Source: a virus
Taxonomy: Duplodnaviria; Caudoviricetes
Reading direction: 5' to 3' (one strand)
IMG/VR virus record: IMGVR_UViG_3300025316_001101
Length of the DNA stretch: 64,000 bases
The position numbers were made by a program, and so were the translations under genes. The notes below the pieces were generated by a model. It saw only the letters and a program-made list of their open reading frames with translations, made no database searches and had not been told where the DNA came from. Positions 55,234-64,000 of the stretch are shown here, in pieces. Every line of letters starts with the position of its first letter. Position 1 is the stretch's first letter.

Positions 55234-57342
55234 TTACTTATTATCTGCAATATCGCCTCGGGCAAATATTGACCCTACGTAATCAAGAATATCCGTAGCA
55301 CTTTGATCATTATAACCTTTATGCTTGATTAAGCGTTGTTTAATTGCATCGATCTTCTCTTGGATATCAGGATCAACTACGGCCGCACCACTAACGTGCA
55401 AAGCAGACAATTTAATATGATCTTTGGTATCTTCGAATAACTTGGCTTCCAAAGCCCGCTTTAACTCAGGATTTGAATCCCACTGGAACGTCTTCCCCTT
55501 GGTGGCCAAACTACCAATAAAGGCTGCCAAACTTCTACGGAAATCGTCCACACCCGTTTCTGGAATGTCAATCTTTTCTTCAATTGACCGCATAAGGCGT
55601 TCATCCGGCTGTTGATCCTTTTCGGTATATGGATTACGAACCTTAGCCTTATTGATATAAGCCATCATGTTGTCAATATAATTCGAACACAGCCTAATAA
55701 CTGCACCTTCGTCGCCCACCAAAGCCTCCTGAACTTCTTTCTTGAGGATTTCGTCCAATTCCTTCATGGCAAGATCAATGCAAGTAGAATACTTGCTAAT
55801 CTCATCCTTGTTAGTAATCAAACTGCTTTGGTCCAAACCCTCACGTAGTTCATTAAGAACCATGAAAGGATTGATATAATCCTGGTGTGAACTGAGGCAA
55901 TTCGATATCTTGTCCTGCACGTATCGGCAGCTTACTCCACCGAACATGCCTTCCATTGGATATTTATCCCTCAATTCCTTAACTGAATCTTCAGTTTTTC
56001 CGGGCAGACTCTTTCCGTCATATAGCTTAGCCTTGTCTACCAATGTTAATTCACCATCCTTATCATCTTGCAATCTGGTAAGAATAGCCCACAACCCGGC
56101 AATTTCCAATGTGTGTGGGGCCACATGCTGACGGACCTTTCCATTTCCGTAATAATGCTCCAGCACCTTCTTTTCATCGCCCCACCGCAATAAATACGGC
56201 ACATCGATTTTAACGGTACGATCACGAAGAGCTTCCATCGACTGGTTGTTCTTTAATTTTTCGTATTCTGGATTATTCGTGTGACCAATAAGCATCGTGT
56301 CTACACTAATCTGCGAGAACTTCTTCGGCTTTATCTGCTGTTCCTGACTTGCACCCAACAGATCATACAAGAACTCCTGAGCTAATTTGAGCATTTCAAT
56401 AAACTCAACAAGACCACGATTTCCAACACAAAACTCGCCATCGAAATTGAACGCTCTTGGATCACTATCCGAACCAAAGTGCGGCAACTGTGCAAAGTTA
56501 ATATCGCCTGTCAATTCCGTACTGTCTTGATTCTTTTCATCTTTAGGTTGGAATGTAGCGATTCCCATTCTATCTGCTTCAGAATAAACTTTACGAACAA
56601 CACGAATGTGCTTGTTCACTACAGTTAACCAATCGCCATTATTGATCAACATTAATTCTTCCATGAACTTCTTGCTACGAGGATCTAAGTCTCCATCGCA
56701 CTTTAGAGTATAAAGACTAATGCGATCCTTCTCTGGGGTCTGTTCTTGAAGAACATCATTCAACTCAGCAACAATCTTTTGTCGCACACTTCCTGCGATT
56801 AATTTAATCGGGTCTTCATGCATGGGGGAAAGATTTTCACTGTGAGTAAAAATGCCAGTTTGTCCAGTAGGCAAATCTACCCACTTGAATGTATACCACG
56901 ATCCCTCTGGAGTGCGAGAGTATCTTTCTAATCCCTTCTTTAACAAACGACAAATGGTAGATTTAGCTGATCCTACAGGGCCGTGCAGCAATAATACCCG
57001 CTTTTCCGTGCCATATCCACCCGCTGCACCTCTCATGAATTTCACAAGATTTTCCAATGTATCCTCAAGTCCAAAAATAGGAACTTCGAGATCATCAAAA
57101 AATGAATAATGCGTATAAGTCTTTCTGTACCGCTTAAATTTATTGCAACCCTTTGACATAATCATGTCGTAAGCTCGCTGATAAGCGGTGCGAATAAGCC
57201 GAGGATTTTGATACACTCGGTCTAAATATTCAGCAAATGACATTTCCTCATGAAGTGTTTGAAACTCTTCTTTATTGAAACATGCTGACAGTTTCTTTAG
57301 TCTATCAGGTCCAACTGCATTTTCCATATCATTAATCCTCAA
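55234..57342 (-). CDS. prkA: PrkA/YeaG AAA+ serine kinase
   Basis: LLHGPVGSAKST, NRGLVEFIEMLK, LLGASQE, EALRDR, DVPY-L, APHTLE. Confidence 0.95.
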   Translation of the reverse strand: MRINDMENAVGPDRLKKLSACFNKEEFQTLHEEMSFAEYLDRVYQNPRLIRTAYQRAYDMIMSKGCNKFKRYRKTYTHYSFFDDLEVPIFGLEDTLENLVKFMRGAAGGYGTEKRVLLLHGPVGSAKSTICRLLKKGLERYSRTPEGSWYTFKWVDLPTGQTGIFTHSENLSPMHEDPIKLIAGSVRQKIVAELNDVLQEQTPEKDRISLYTLKCDGDLDPRSKKFMEELMLINNGDWLTVVNKHIRVVRKVYSEADRMGIATFQPKDEKNQDSTELTGDINFAQLPHFGSDSDPRAFNFDGEFCVGNRGLVEFIEMLKLAQEFLYDLLGASQEQQIKPKKFSQISVDTMLIGHTNNPEYEKLKNNQSMEALRDRTVKIDVPYLLRWGDEKKVLEHYYGNGKVRQHVAPHTLEIAGLWAILTRLQDDKDGELTLVDKAKLYDGKSLPGKTEDSVKELRDKYPMEGMFGGVSCRYVQDKISNCLSSHQDYINPFMVLNELREGLDQSSLITNKDEISKYSTCIDLAMKELDEILKKEVQEALVGDEGAVIRLCSNYIDNMMAYINKAKVRNPYTEKDQQPDERLMRSIEEKIDIPETGVDDFRRSLAAFIGSLATKGKTFQWDSNPELKRALEAKLFEDTKDHIKLSALHVSGAAVVDPDIQEKIDAIKQRLIKHKGYNDQSATDILDYVGSIFARGDIADNK

Positions 57343-57398
57343 TGGGTTTATGGGTTTAAGTTAAGTATATCCAATCAAAACTTAGTATCCAAATGAAA

Positions 57399-57704
57399 TT
57401 ATTCAACGGCTCCAAAATGTTTTCCAGAACTAATATCATCAATCGGATTGTATGGTTGAGTCCCCATCTTAGAAGCTCTTTCGGCCATTTCACGTTCCTT
57501 CATGGCTTGAGGAAGTTTATTATTATATTGCCAATCATGAGAATCATGTGGCACTAGAACTGCGGTTAAACTCATTAACTTCTGTTTTTTGTCTGAACCG
57601 CACTTAGGGCAAATAACGCCTGGATATGCACCCGTTTCATCAAACTTTGTCAATTCAACAAATTCGGTATTGCACTCTTCACATTGAAAATCATATAAGG
57701 CCAT
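57399..57704 (-). CDS. FmdB-family zinc-ribbon protein
   Basis: M-LYDFQC-EC---F...CPKCGS----KLMS. Confidence 0.85.
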   Translation of the reverse strand: MALYDFQCEECNTEFVELTKFDETGAYPGVICPKCGSDKKQKLMSLTAVLVPHDSHDWQYNNKLPQAMKEREMAERASKMGTQPYNPIDDISSGKHFGAVE

Positions 57705-57709
57705 ATTAA

Positions 57710-58009
57710 CTACTCGTCATCTTCCTGAGCATCATCTTTTGGATGCATTAGCTGACTTAAAGTAGTATATGCCTGAGAAATCATTTGTAATTTTTTCTTT
57801 AATTGCATGGCACTCCATGCAGGAGAGTCTTTTGCTACCTCTATGGCCATGTTCATCAGATTTTGATCTAACGATTCAGACATTAAATCTGTCTGCATCA
57901 TTGCCACAAAAGCGGGATCTACACTGCCTTCCATTTCTTCGTCATCTTGACCGTAGAAGTTCGGCTCTTCACGTTCTTCATCTCCGCCGTAATTAAATCT
58001 TCTAGCCAT
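57710..58009 (-). CDS. acidic hypothetical protein
   Basis: GGAG SD; 99 aa. Confidence 0.7.
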   Translation of the reverse strand: MARRFNYGGDEEREEPNFYGQDDEEMEGSVDPAFVAMMQTDLMSESLDQNLMNMAIEVAKDSPAWSAMQLKKKLQMISQAYTTLSQLMHPKDDAQEDDE

Positions 58010-58018
58010 TGCTCCCCC

Positions 58019-58555
58019 TTAAAATGTGAATAACTGACCCGCCTTTTCCCAAAGTTCTAAAACTTTCATTTCGTTCAGTGTTGGATCAACATTTCCAAAC
58101 CTCCCTATCGCATTGTGAAAAGGATGTTCTACTCTATTTATCCACTCAGATAAGATAAACCCGCCACATCTATGCTCATAAGTGACCAATGTTGCCGGTT
58201 CATTCGACTGCACATCTACCGGTCCAGGAATATCTGGGTGATATGTCCTTAACGCCATCGTCTGTGGTGAAATTATTTTTACCAAATCCACTTTCTTGGA
58301 ATCAAACACTTTAGTGTTTGAAAACACAGCATTAGGATCTTTACTAGAATATGTAATAATGTCTACCCCACACGGATGTGCCCACTTAAACATATCCCAT
58401 TCCGCATGCATGCGATTGTATGCTAAAACTAATTTGGCATCAGGTAAATTTTTATGAAAAGAATACCAACACGCAAATGCTGACCAATTATCCGAAGTGT
58501 GCGGATAACAATTAATAATTATTCCTAATCCATCTCCGGTTTCATTAATTTCCAC
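58019..58555 (-). CDS. hypothetical protein
   Basis: ORF in operon (GTG start). Confidence 0.7.
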   Translation of the reverse strand: MEINETGDGLGIIINCYPHTSDNWSAFACWYSFHKNLPDAKLVLAYNRMHAEWDMFKWAHPCGVDIITYSSKDPNAVFSNTKVFDSKKVDLVKIISPQTMALRTYHPDIPGPVDVQSNEPATLVTYEHRCGGFILSEWINRVEHPFHNAIGRFGNVDPTLNEMKVLELWEKAGQLFTF

Positions 58556-58748
58556 TATCTACCTCTTCTCCCGTTTCCACATCAATAATAACAAAATCCC
58601 CAGCTATTGGTCCGTAAATCTCTGCACATTTTTTACAAGCTCTTAACATATCCGCTGCCTCTTCTATCGTTGGCGCACACCATAGGCCATAATGAGGATG
58701 AATCAATCTTTTATTGATGCGTTTGTTAAAAAGCGTATACACAATCAC
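58545..58748 (-). CDS. hypothetical protein
   Basis: GTGA-coupled small ORF. Confidence 0.6.
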   Translation of the reverse strand: MIVYTLFNKRINKRLIHPHYGLWCAPTIEEAADMLRACKKCAEIYGPIAGDFVIIDVETGEEVDSGN

Positions 58749-59140
58749 TTACCCTGTGGTTTCTGCGTAGGAGACTTTTTGCCCTGCTGTAGTTTAGTAG
58801 GGTTGTCAGCAAAACCAGATGGATTGTATTTCCCAGGTATGGGATTAGAAAGAGGACTAGGCGGTGGATTGTACACTGGTTTTATACCAGGAGAATATGG
58901 ACTAGCTGTTATAGGATGTGGATTTTTCTCTGCTGATGACATGGGACCAGCGGGCGGATTAGGAAGACCCTTCACACCAGGAGTCATTGTGCTTGGCGGT
59001 GGTGGATTAGGTGATGCTGCTTTCTTTTGAGGATTAACATGCCCTACAGGATTCATTCCAGCCATTCCCGAAGCCTGCGGACCACCTTGCGACCCACCAA
59101 GCTTTACTTCGGTTGCATAAAAGAATTCCCTAAACGTCAC
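58745..59140 (-). CDS. Pro-rich protein with capsid-targeting-like N-terminus
   Basis: MTFREFFYATE start; disordered P/S/G-rich body. Confidence 0.7.
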   Translation of the reverse strand: MTFREFFYATEVKLGGSQGGPQASGMAGMNPVGHVNPQKKAASPNPPPPSTMTPGVKGLPNPPAGPMSSAEKNPHPITASPYSPGIKPVYNPPPSPLSNPIPGKYNPSGFADNPTKLQQGKKSPTQKPQGK

Positions 59141-59379
59141 TGATCTTCTCCTAAATCCGATCTAAGTTTCTGACTGGCTGTAGCTATCTGTGCAACTACC
59201 TTAGGATCAGCATTGGGAGCAATTTTACCTGCTGCCGCATCTACTGCTTTTTCCATATCCACCTTAGGAGTTTTGTTATTCTTGTTTTGAATAGCCTTTT
59301 TGCCAGCCGCCACCACCTGCTGATTTAAGAGTTTAGCAGCGTCTTCTTCTAACCATGTTTTGAATGTTAATGTTCCCAT
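59137..59379 (-). CDS. Ala/Lys-rich protein with capsid-targeting-like N-terminus
   Basis: MGTLTFKTWLEE start; TATATA 5 nt upstream. Confidence 0.7.
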   Translation of the reverse strand: MGTLTFKTWLEEDAAKLLNQQVVAAGKKAIQNKNNKTPKVDMEKAVDAAAGKIAPNADPKVVAQIATASQKLRSDLGEDQ

Positions 59380-59402
59380 GAAAATATATAGCTATATAAA
59401 CG

Positions 59403-59436
59403 AAAAAAGCCCACCCGGCGTGCCGGGTGGGCTTTT
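59403..59436 (-). terminator. Rho-independent terminator (GCCCACCCGGC family)
   Basis: 11-bp stem flanked by A6 and T4. Confidence 0.8.
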
Positions 59437-59539
59437 GAAACAGTCTTCATTTTCGATGTCTTACTCTATAATCCCAAATCAGTGTCCAAATGGTTATGAT
59501 TAACGACAAAGACACTATTATTACAAAGCTCCACATGCG

Positions 59540-60580
59540 TCAATCCTTAAAATTAACGGCTGCATCGATACCTTTTTCTTCCACATACCGCTTAATTCCT
59601 GAAGATGCAAAATACTGATCTCCATAAATTTTGAAATCTGCCTGTAGCGGCTGTCCAGACTGCACATTCTCTTGCAGTACCTTTTCCATCATACCGTTTC
59701 TGCTGGAAATGTAGTCTAACCGACTAATAATTCCTGCTTCTAACGACTGGGGCTCCTTGATACTTCCCCATGCAACAGTCCCGTGATGAGCAGCTATGCA
59801 ATGCATTAATTCAATTACAAATTCTGGTTCCACTTGAATCTTACCTTCTTCAGCTATCGTTTGAACCAAGAACATTCCATAAGGAATGTGACCAATAATC
59901 TTCTCGGTAATCAATTGATGCGTAGTACCGATTGCATTGAATGAATATGTTTTCACCTTCCCAATATCATGCAAAATAGCTGCGGCGTACAAAACATCTT
60001 TATTGATGAAACCATATCTTGAAAAAGATACATCAACATATGCCCTACAAAGAGCTAACACCTCTGCTGAATGCACTAACAATCCACCATTGTAAGCATG
60101 ATGAATTAATACGGCTGCTGGACTCATTTTAAGCTTTTCTAAATCCAATTTGCCCAAACAAGCCATAACAAAACGATGATGCTCTGAGTTTTCCCAAAAA
60201 GAACTATCCTTCAACAAGGCAAAAGCTTCTCGCATTTCATCGTCTGAAGCCTTATAAACCTTAAAAATTGCACTATCTTCTTTTGGAACTGATTCTTTAG
60301 TAATATTATGCCAAGCATCAATAACGATATTCTGGTACTCCGCCATCTGATCCTTGAAAGCATCTAACTGGATTATGTCTCCAACGTGAGGATAATTAGG
60401 ATTGGTTTGTACGTCATTGGGCACTCCCCACATAAAGGATTTGACAACCCCAACCTTTGTTCGTAGCATCACTTGCCAATATAGCTTGTTTTGCTTTGTC
60501 GTGCGTAATTCTTGGTCGATCACAACCGCTCTAAGCGGATTCGGTAAACTCATTATGTATTTTCCTGTATTTTGGTTCAA
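59540..60580 (-). CDS. yhaM: YhaM-like OB-HD 3'-5' exoribonuclease
   Basis: OB-like N-terminus; HHAY-GGLL-H, LHDIGK, GHI, H---AHHG, EA-----LD. Confidence 0.85.
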   Translation of the reverse strand: MNQNTGKYIMSLPNPLRAVVIDQELRTTKQNKLYWQVMLRTKVGVVKSFMWGVPNDVQTNPNYPHVGDIIQLDAFKDQMAEYQNIVIDAWHNITKESVPKEDSAIFKVYKASDDEMREAFALLKDSSFWENSEHHRFVMACLGKLDLEKLKMSPAAVLIHHAYNGGLLVHSAEVLALCRAYVDVSFSRYGFINKDVLYAAAILHDIGKVKTYSFNAIGTTHQLITEKIIGHIPYGMFLVQTIAEEGKIQVEPEFVIELMHCIAAHHGTVAWGSIKEPQSLEAGIISRLDYISSRNGMMEKVLQENVQSGQPLQADFKIYGDQYFASSGIKRYVEEKGIDAAVNFKD

Positions 60581-61394
60581 ATGTTAAATAATCGTAATGC
60601 GGAAAATTAAGGTGACAATCACCAAACAACCTCAGTGAATGATAGTCAAAATTCTTTGCTGCGTCAATAGGATTATCAAAAGACCCCAAGTATAACTCCT
60701 TGCCATCAATTGCGATCCGTGCCTGCCATGTGTTCCCACGTTTTCTTACACCCTTATACATGGCTTTTGTTGGCTTCAATCTCATGGCTGCTTTTTGTTT
60801 TTCAATAGCTAAATCACTTTGCTTATGGCCCATCTTGGCTAACGACAATTTTGCCTTAGAATCTTCTGTCATATGTTTTCCAACATTTCCCAACCCTATC
60901 TTTCTTTTTATCTCATCTGTATGTTTCATACCCATGTGTGATGCACTCATTTGTTGTTTTGTTTGATTAGTAACCATTCGTTTACATTGCGATTCACTTA
61001 ATTTAGCTCTAGATTCCGCAGACCACACCCTTCTGCTGTTAGCCGCTCCTATTTTCCTTTTGGTTTCTTCCTTATGTTTTCTACCTCTTGGACTTCCACC
61101 AGATGTTGGTTGTATATTATAACACCACCCCCACACACAATCTATCCAATACTGTTCTTTACCATCCAAATTATTTTCATTACCCACCTCTTCCAATATA
61201 TAAAATTCAAAATTACATCCTCCATACTTATTCCAAGCATTCTGCAAATGATTGTTATAATGTTTATTCGATTTAAGTAATGATTTATGTTCACAAAATC
61301 TGCGATGTATTCCTTTTCTCAAACACGCCTGCCCGACATATATTTTACCGTCAATCTTGTTTTTTATCCCGTATATACCTTGAATCTTGTTCAT
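60531..61394 (-). CDS. GIY-YIG homing endonuclease with NUMOD3 repeats and AP2 domain
   Basis: GIYGIKN...YVGQA, R--EH, E--W; H-EETKRKI repeats; YKGV---GNTWQARI...YLG-F. Confidence 0.9.
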   Translation of the reverse strand: MNKIQGIYGIKNKIDGKIYVGQACLRKGIHRRFCEHKSLLKSNKHYNNHLQNAWNKYGGCNFEFYILEEVGNENNLDGKEQYWIDCVWGWCYNIQPTSGGSPRGRKHKEETKRKIGAANSRRVWSAESRAKLSESQCKRMVTNQTKQQMSASHMGMKHTDEIKRKIGLGNVGKHMTEDSKAKLSLAKMGHKQSDLAIEKQKAAMRLKPTKAMYKGVRKRGNTWQARIAIDGKELYLGSFDNPIDAAKNFDYHSLRLFGDCHLNFPHYDYLTFEPKYRKIHNEFTESA

Positions 61395-61548
61395 GTGTTA
61401 TCTTCTCGATATCTAAAAGACTATATCGTCTATGACCACCAAGCGTTCTAATTGGGCATAACTTTCCAGCAGCATCCCAATTTCTCAATGTCTTTGTTGT
61501 TACACCCAACAACTCTGCTGCTCGCTTAATGGTTATTAATCTTTGCAT
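61351..61548 (-). CDS. MerR-type HTH protein (IS607 TnpA N-terminus/excisionase-like)
   Basis: AAELLGVTTKTLRNWDAAGKL---RT-GGHRRY. Confidence 0.8.
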   Translation of the reverse strand: MQRLITIKRAAELLGVTTKTLRNWDAAGKLCPIRTLGGHRRYSLLDIEKITHEQDSRYIRDKKQD

Positions 61549-61551
61549 ATC

Positions 61552-62970
61552 TTATATATCGTCTTCATTACAAGTTTTTCTAAGTTTTTCTATTTTTTGT
61601 GTTGTGGAATCGCAAATAATGGTGCCAATAATCTGCACGGGCACAATGTCATGTCCAGCTATATCCTCAACCTTCCAGTCTCCACCCTTGACAAGCAGAT
61701 CAGGCATAATTTCTTTAATCAAATTATAAGGTGTATCTTCATTAAAAGAAACCACAAAATCTACACTCTCTAAACCAGCCACCACATCCATTCTGTCTTC
61801 TAATGTCATAACCGGTCTATCATGCCCCTTTAATCGCCTTACGCTTTCATCGCCATTAATTGCCACAATCAACCTGTCTCCAAGCTGTTTAGCTTTATCT
61901 AAATATCTTACGTGCCCTTTAGTTAAACCACAATCAAAACATCCATTTGTAAAAACTAACTTGTAATCCCGTTCCTTGGGTGGCATACACAACTTAGCCC
62001 GCACAGGGTCCACATGCCGCATCAATTCATAAGGTGTCACCGGCTTATTATGCATATTCTGCACATAAACAGCCCCAGCCTCGAATGCCACTTGAGCTAC
62101 GTCCACCACATCCATCCCATGTGCTAAACCCATAGCTAAGAAAGCCATAAAACAATCACCGGCTCCAATCACGCTATTGGCAACAACGCTTTTTCTTGGC
62201 CGATATTCAAAATATCTGCCTGCCACCTTGCCTACGACTCCATTGCCTCCTTGGGTAATGACTACTGCCATACATTTTGCACTATCTTGAATTAAATCAC
62301 ACTGTCTCTCCCAGTCCTTAATCCCTGTCATTAATTCGGCTTCTTTAGAATTTGGCTTAAAAACAGTACACCCTTCCCACTCCCCTATGTTCAAATTTTT
62401 AGAATCTACAATGGTAATGATATCTTCATCACGCATGCTTTTCAACCATCTCTGTTTGCCCCAAGGATATCCATTAAATACACCCTTTTGATAATCTGAA
62501 AAAATAACCACTTCTGGTTTGGGGGCCGCACTAAATTTTTCTTCCAACGCTTCTTGAGATGCAACAATACTTGACATGCCATAATCTGATTCTTCCACAT
62601 CCCAACGACACAAAGGAAATTCTCCCTGATAATAACGCTTCTTGATGGGTACGTGCCCATCAGGAATCGTATGACAATTTGCCGTACCAATCCTAGATTC
62701 CATCAAAACCCATCTGGCATAACTATCAATCATAGCAAACAATTGCACATCTATATCGAAATGTCTAAATTGACACGCAACATTACCAACGCCGCCTGGA
62801 ACTGCCACCTTGCATACATCACTAGCCGATTTCATTATGGGTACTGGAAATTCTGGGGATACTCGATTGGCATCCACCTCATAATATTGATCAATTAGCA
62901 TATCACCCACTAAGGCAATTTTTGGCTTGCGTTCTTTTGATCTTCTTAGAAATTCATGTATAGCTTCCAT
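61552..62970 (-). CDS. hldE: bifunctional heptose kinase/adenylyltransferase
   Basis: GD-LIDQY, R-SPE-PVPI, SDY-KG, FKPN--EA, GAGD; FTNGCFD, INGDESVRRLKG--RP, KGGDW. Confidence 0.92.
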   Translation of the reverse strand: MEAIHEFLRRSKERKPKIALVGDMLIDQYYEVDANRVSPEFPVPIMKSASDVCKVAVPGGVGNVACQFRHFDIDVQLFAMIDSYARWVLMESRIGTANCHTIPDGHVPIKKRYYQGEFPLCRWDVEESDYGMSSIVASQEALEEKFSAAPKPEVVIFSDYQKGVFNGYPWGKQRWLKSMRDEDIITIVDSKNLNIGEWEGCTVFKPNSKEAELMTGIKDWERQCDLIQDSAKCMAVVITQGGNGVVGKVAGRYFEYRPRKSVVANSVIGAGDCFMAFLAMGLAHGMDVVDVAQVAFEAGAVYVQNMHNKPVTPYELMRHVDPVRAKLCMPPKERDYKLVFTNGCFDCGLTKGHVRYLDKAKQLGDRLIVAINGDESVRRLKGHDRPVMTLEDRMDVVAGLESVDFVVSFNEDTPYNLIKEIMPDLLVKGGDWKVEDIAGHDIVPVQIIGTIICDSTTQKIEKLRKTCNEDDI

Positions 62971-62994
62971 GTAAATATTAGAGTGATAAAAAAG

Positions 62995-63026
62995 AAAACC
63001 TGCTCGGCCATCGGCCGAGCAGGTTT
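62995..63026. terminator. Rho-independent terminator
   Basis: aaacctgctcggcc/ggccgagcaggttt stem between folA and hldE. Confidence 0.7.
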
Positions 63027-63055
63027 AGGGGGACACACGACACTTTACAATAGTA

Positions 63056-63556
63056 TCATTTTGTGAATTCTACCACATCAAATTCCTGTCGTTGTTCTAA
63101 CACTGATTTCTTCCATTCTGGGCCTAATTCTGGGAAAAAGATATCCCCCTCATAATCACCATGTACCTCTGTAGCATATATTTTATCCACCACGCCATCC
63201 TTGAGTGCAGTTTCATAAATCTGCCTTCCTCCCACAATAAATGTTTCACTACTATTGGGACAATACCAAGTGGCAAATTTAATTGCTGATTTCAAATCTG
63301 GATGAAAATAGACAAATTGCGACAAATCATCCTCTATGAACAATTCCAAACTTTTCTTGGTTTGGCTAACAATAACGTTAAGTCTTCCTTTCAAAGGACG
63401 CTTTGGCAGACTATCCCAAGTTTTTCTACCTAAAATTACAGGATGCCCAAGCGTCCTAGCTTTGAATAGCTTTAGATCCTCTGGGATATGCCAGGGAAGA
63501 GCATTGTTAGAACCAATTAGACGATTTTTGTCAAATGCTACAATTATTGAAATCAT
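63056..63556 (-). CDS. folA: dihydrofolate reductase
   Basis: IVA----R-IG--N-LPWH-PEDL--FK, GRKTWDSL, L-GR-N-I, IVGG--IY, GD-FFP. Confidence 0.97.
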   Translation of the reverse strand: MISIIVAFDKNRLIGSNNALPWHIPEDLKLFKARTLGHPVILGRKTWDSLPKRPLKGRLNVIVSQTKKSLELFIEDDLSQFVYFHPDLKSAIKFATWYCPNSSETFIVGGRQIYETALKDGVVDKIYATEVHGDYEGDIFFPELGPEWKKSVLEQRQEFDVVEFTK

Positions 63557-63573
63557 GCCATTAGTATAGCACG

Positions 63574-63978
63574 TTATTGAAATAATGCAAGTTGCCCTGG
63601 AGCCGGGCCTCTTCTACGTCTTGGTCGCAAAGGCTGTAATCGACCGATATCTCTAAATCCTGGCGGTATGGTTATTCCGGGCCTGGGAGCATCGCTTGGA
63701 TCACCCATTACTTTGTTCAGAGTTTCTTTGGCGTTTGATGTATCCAAAAGAGCCCTATACTCTGGATATCGCAAAGGCATTTTCTCCACCAACTTCTTAA
63801 TTTTTACAGCATAATCCTGTAGTGTACCCATTGGAATTGGATCTATACTATGACTGTAAATATTCATCATCTCTAACGATTCACCAAGATTGATGACAAT
63901 CACTCTGTATTTATTATCCGAAGCAACACCAACTATTAAACCAATTGTATTTCCAGAGCTACCTCGATATATTCTCAT
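63574..63978 (-). CDS. hypothetical protein
   Basis: 134-aa ORF near the window end. Confidence 0.65.
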   Translation of the reverse strand: MRIYRGSSGNTIGLIVGVASDNKYRVIVINLGESLEMMNIYSHSIDPIPMGTLQDYAVKIKKLVEKMPLRYPEYRALLDTSNAKETLNKVMGDPSDAPRPGITIPPGFRDIGRLQPLRPRRRRGPAPGQLALFQ

Positions 63979-64000
63979 GATCTTACCGACATTAGCTCGT

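Noticed and set aside
61351-61548. IS607 insertion sequence
   Set aside because: Only the HTH is present; there is no serine-recombinase domain, tnpB or element ends.
1-64000. Stop-codon reassignment
   Set aside because: Conserved genes are full length and tile densely under the standard code.

Overview
This looks like a 64-kb segment of a large (jumbo-type) tailed-phage genome. It is AT-rich, densely tiled in the standard genetic code and mostly on the minus strand; CsrA and several secreted proteins suggest a Planctomycetota-like host (inference). It encodes replication and nucleotide genes (LigA, a DnaE split into two genes 10.6 kb apart, dCMP deaminase, DHFR, a degenerate dUTPase), a translation and proteostasis kit (IF-3, bS21, Def, tmRNA, CsrA, DnaJ, GroES, ClpP, PrkA-YeaH-SpoVR), RNA repair and decay genes (Ro60/TROVE, Rnl1-type RNA ligase, YhaM), glycan genes (HldE, GT2/GT4/GT9-like, NDP-sugar dehydratase) and five putative homing endonucleases. 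The standout feature is a 1.2-kb non-coding array (967-2128) directly downstream of the Ro60 gene. It holds nine Y-RNA-like units sharing a GAAUGC/CUUGUC-type helix with covarying stems (six short, three YrlA-type tRNA mimics) plus two related RNAs. A second pattern is about ten proteins with a T4-like capsid-targeting N-terminus, including the RNA ligase; five of these genes sit 4-5 nt downstream of a TA(A/T)ATA box. All assignments come from motif reading by eye, without database searches or folding software.
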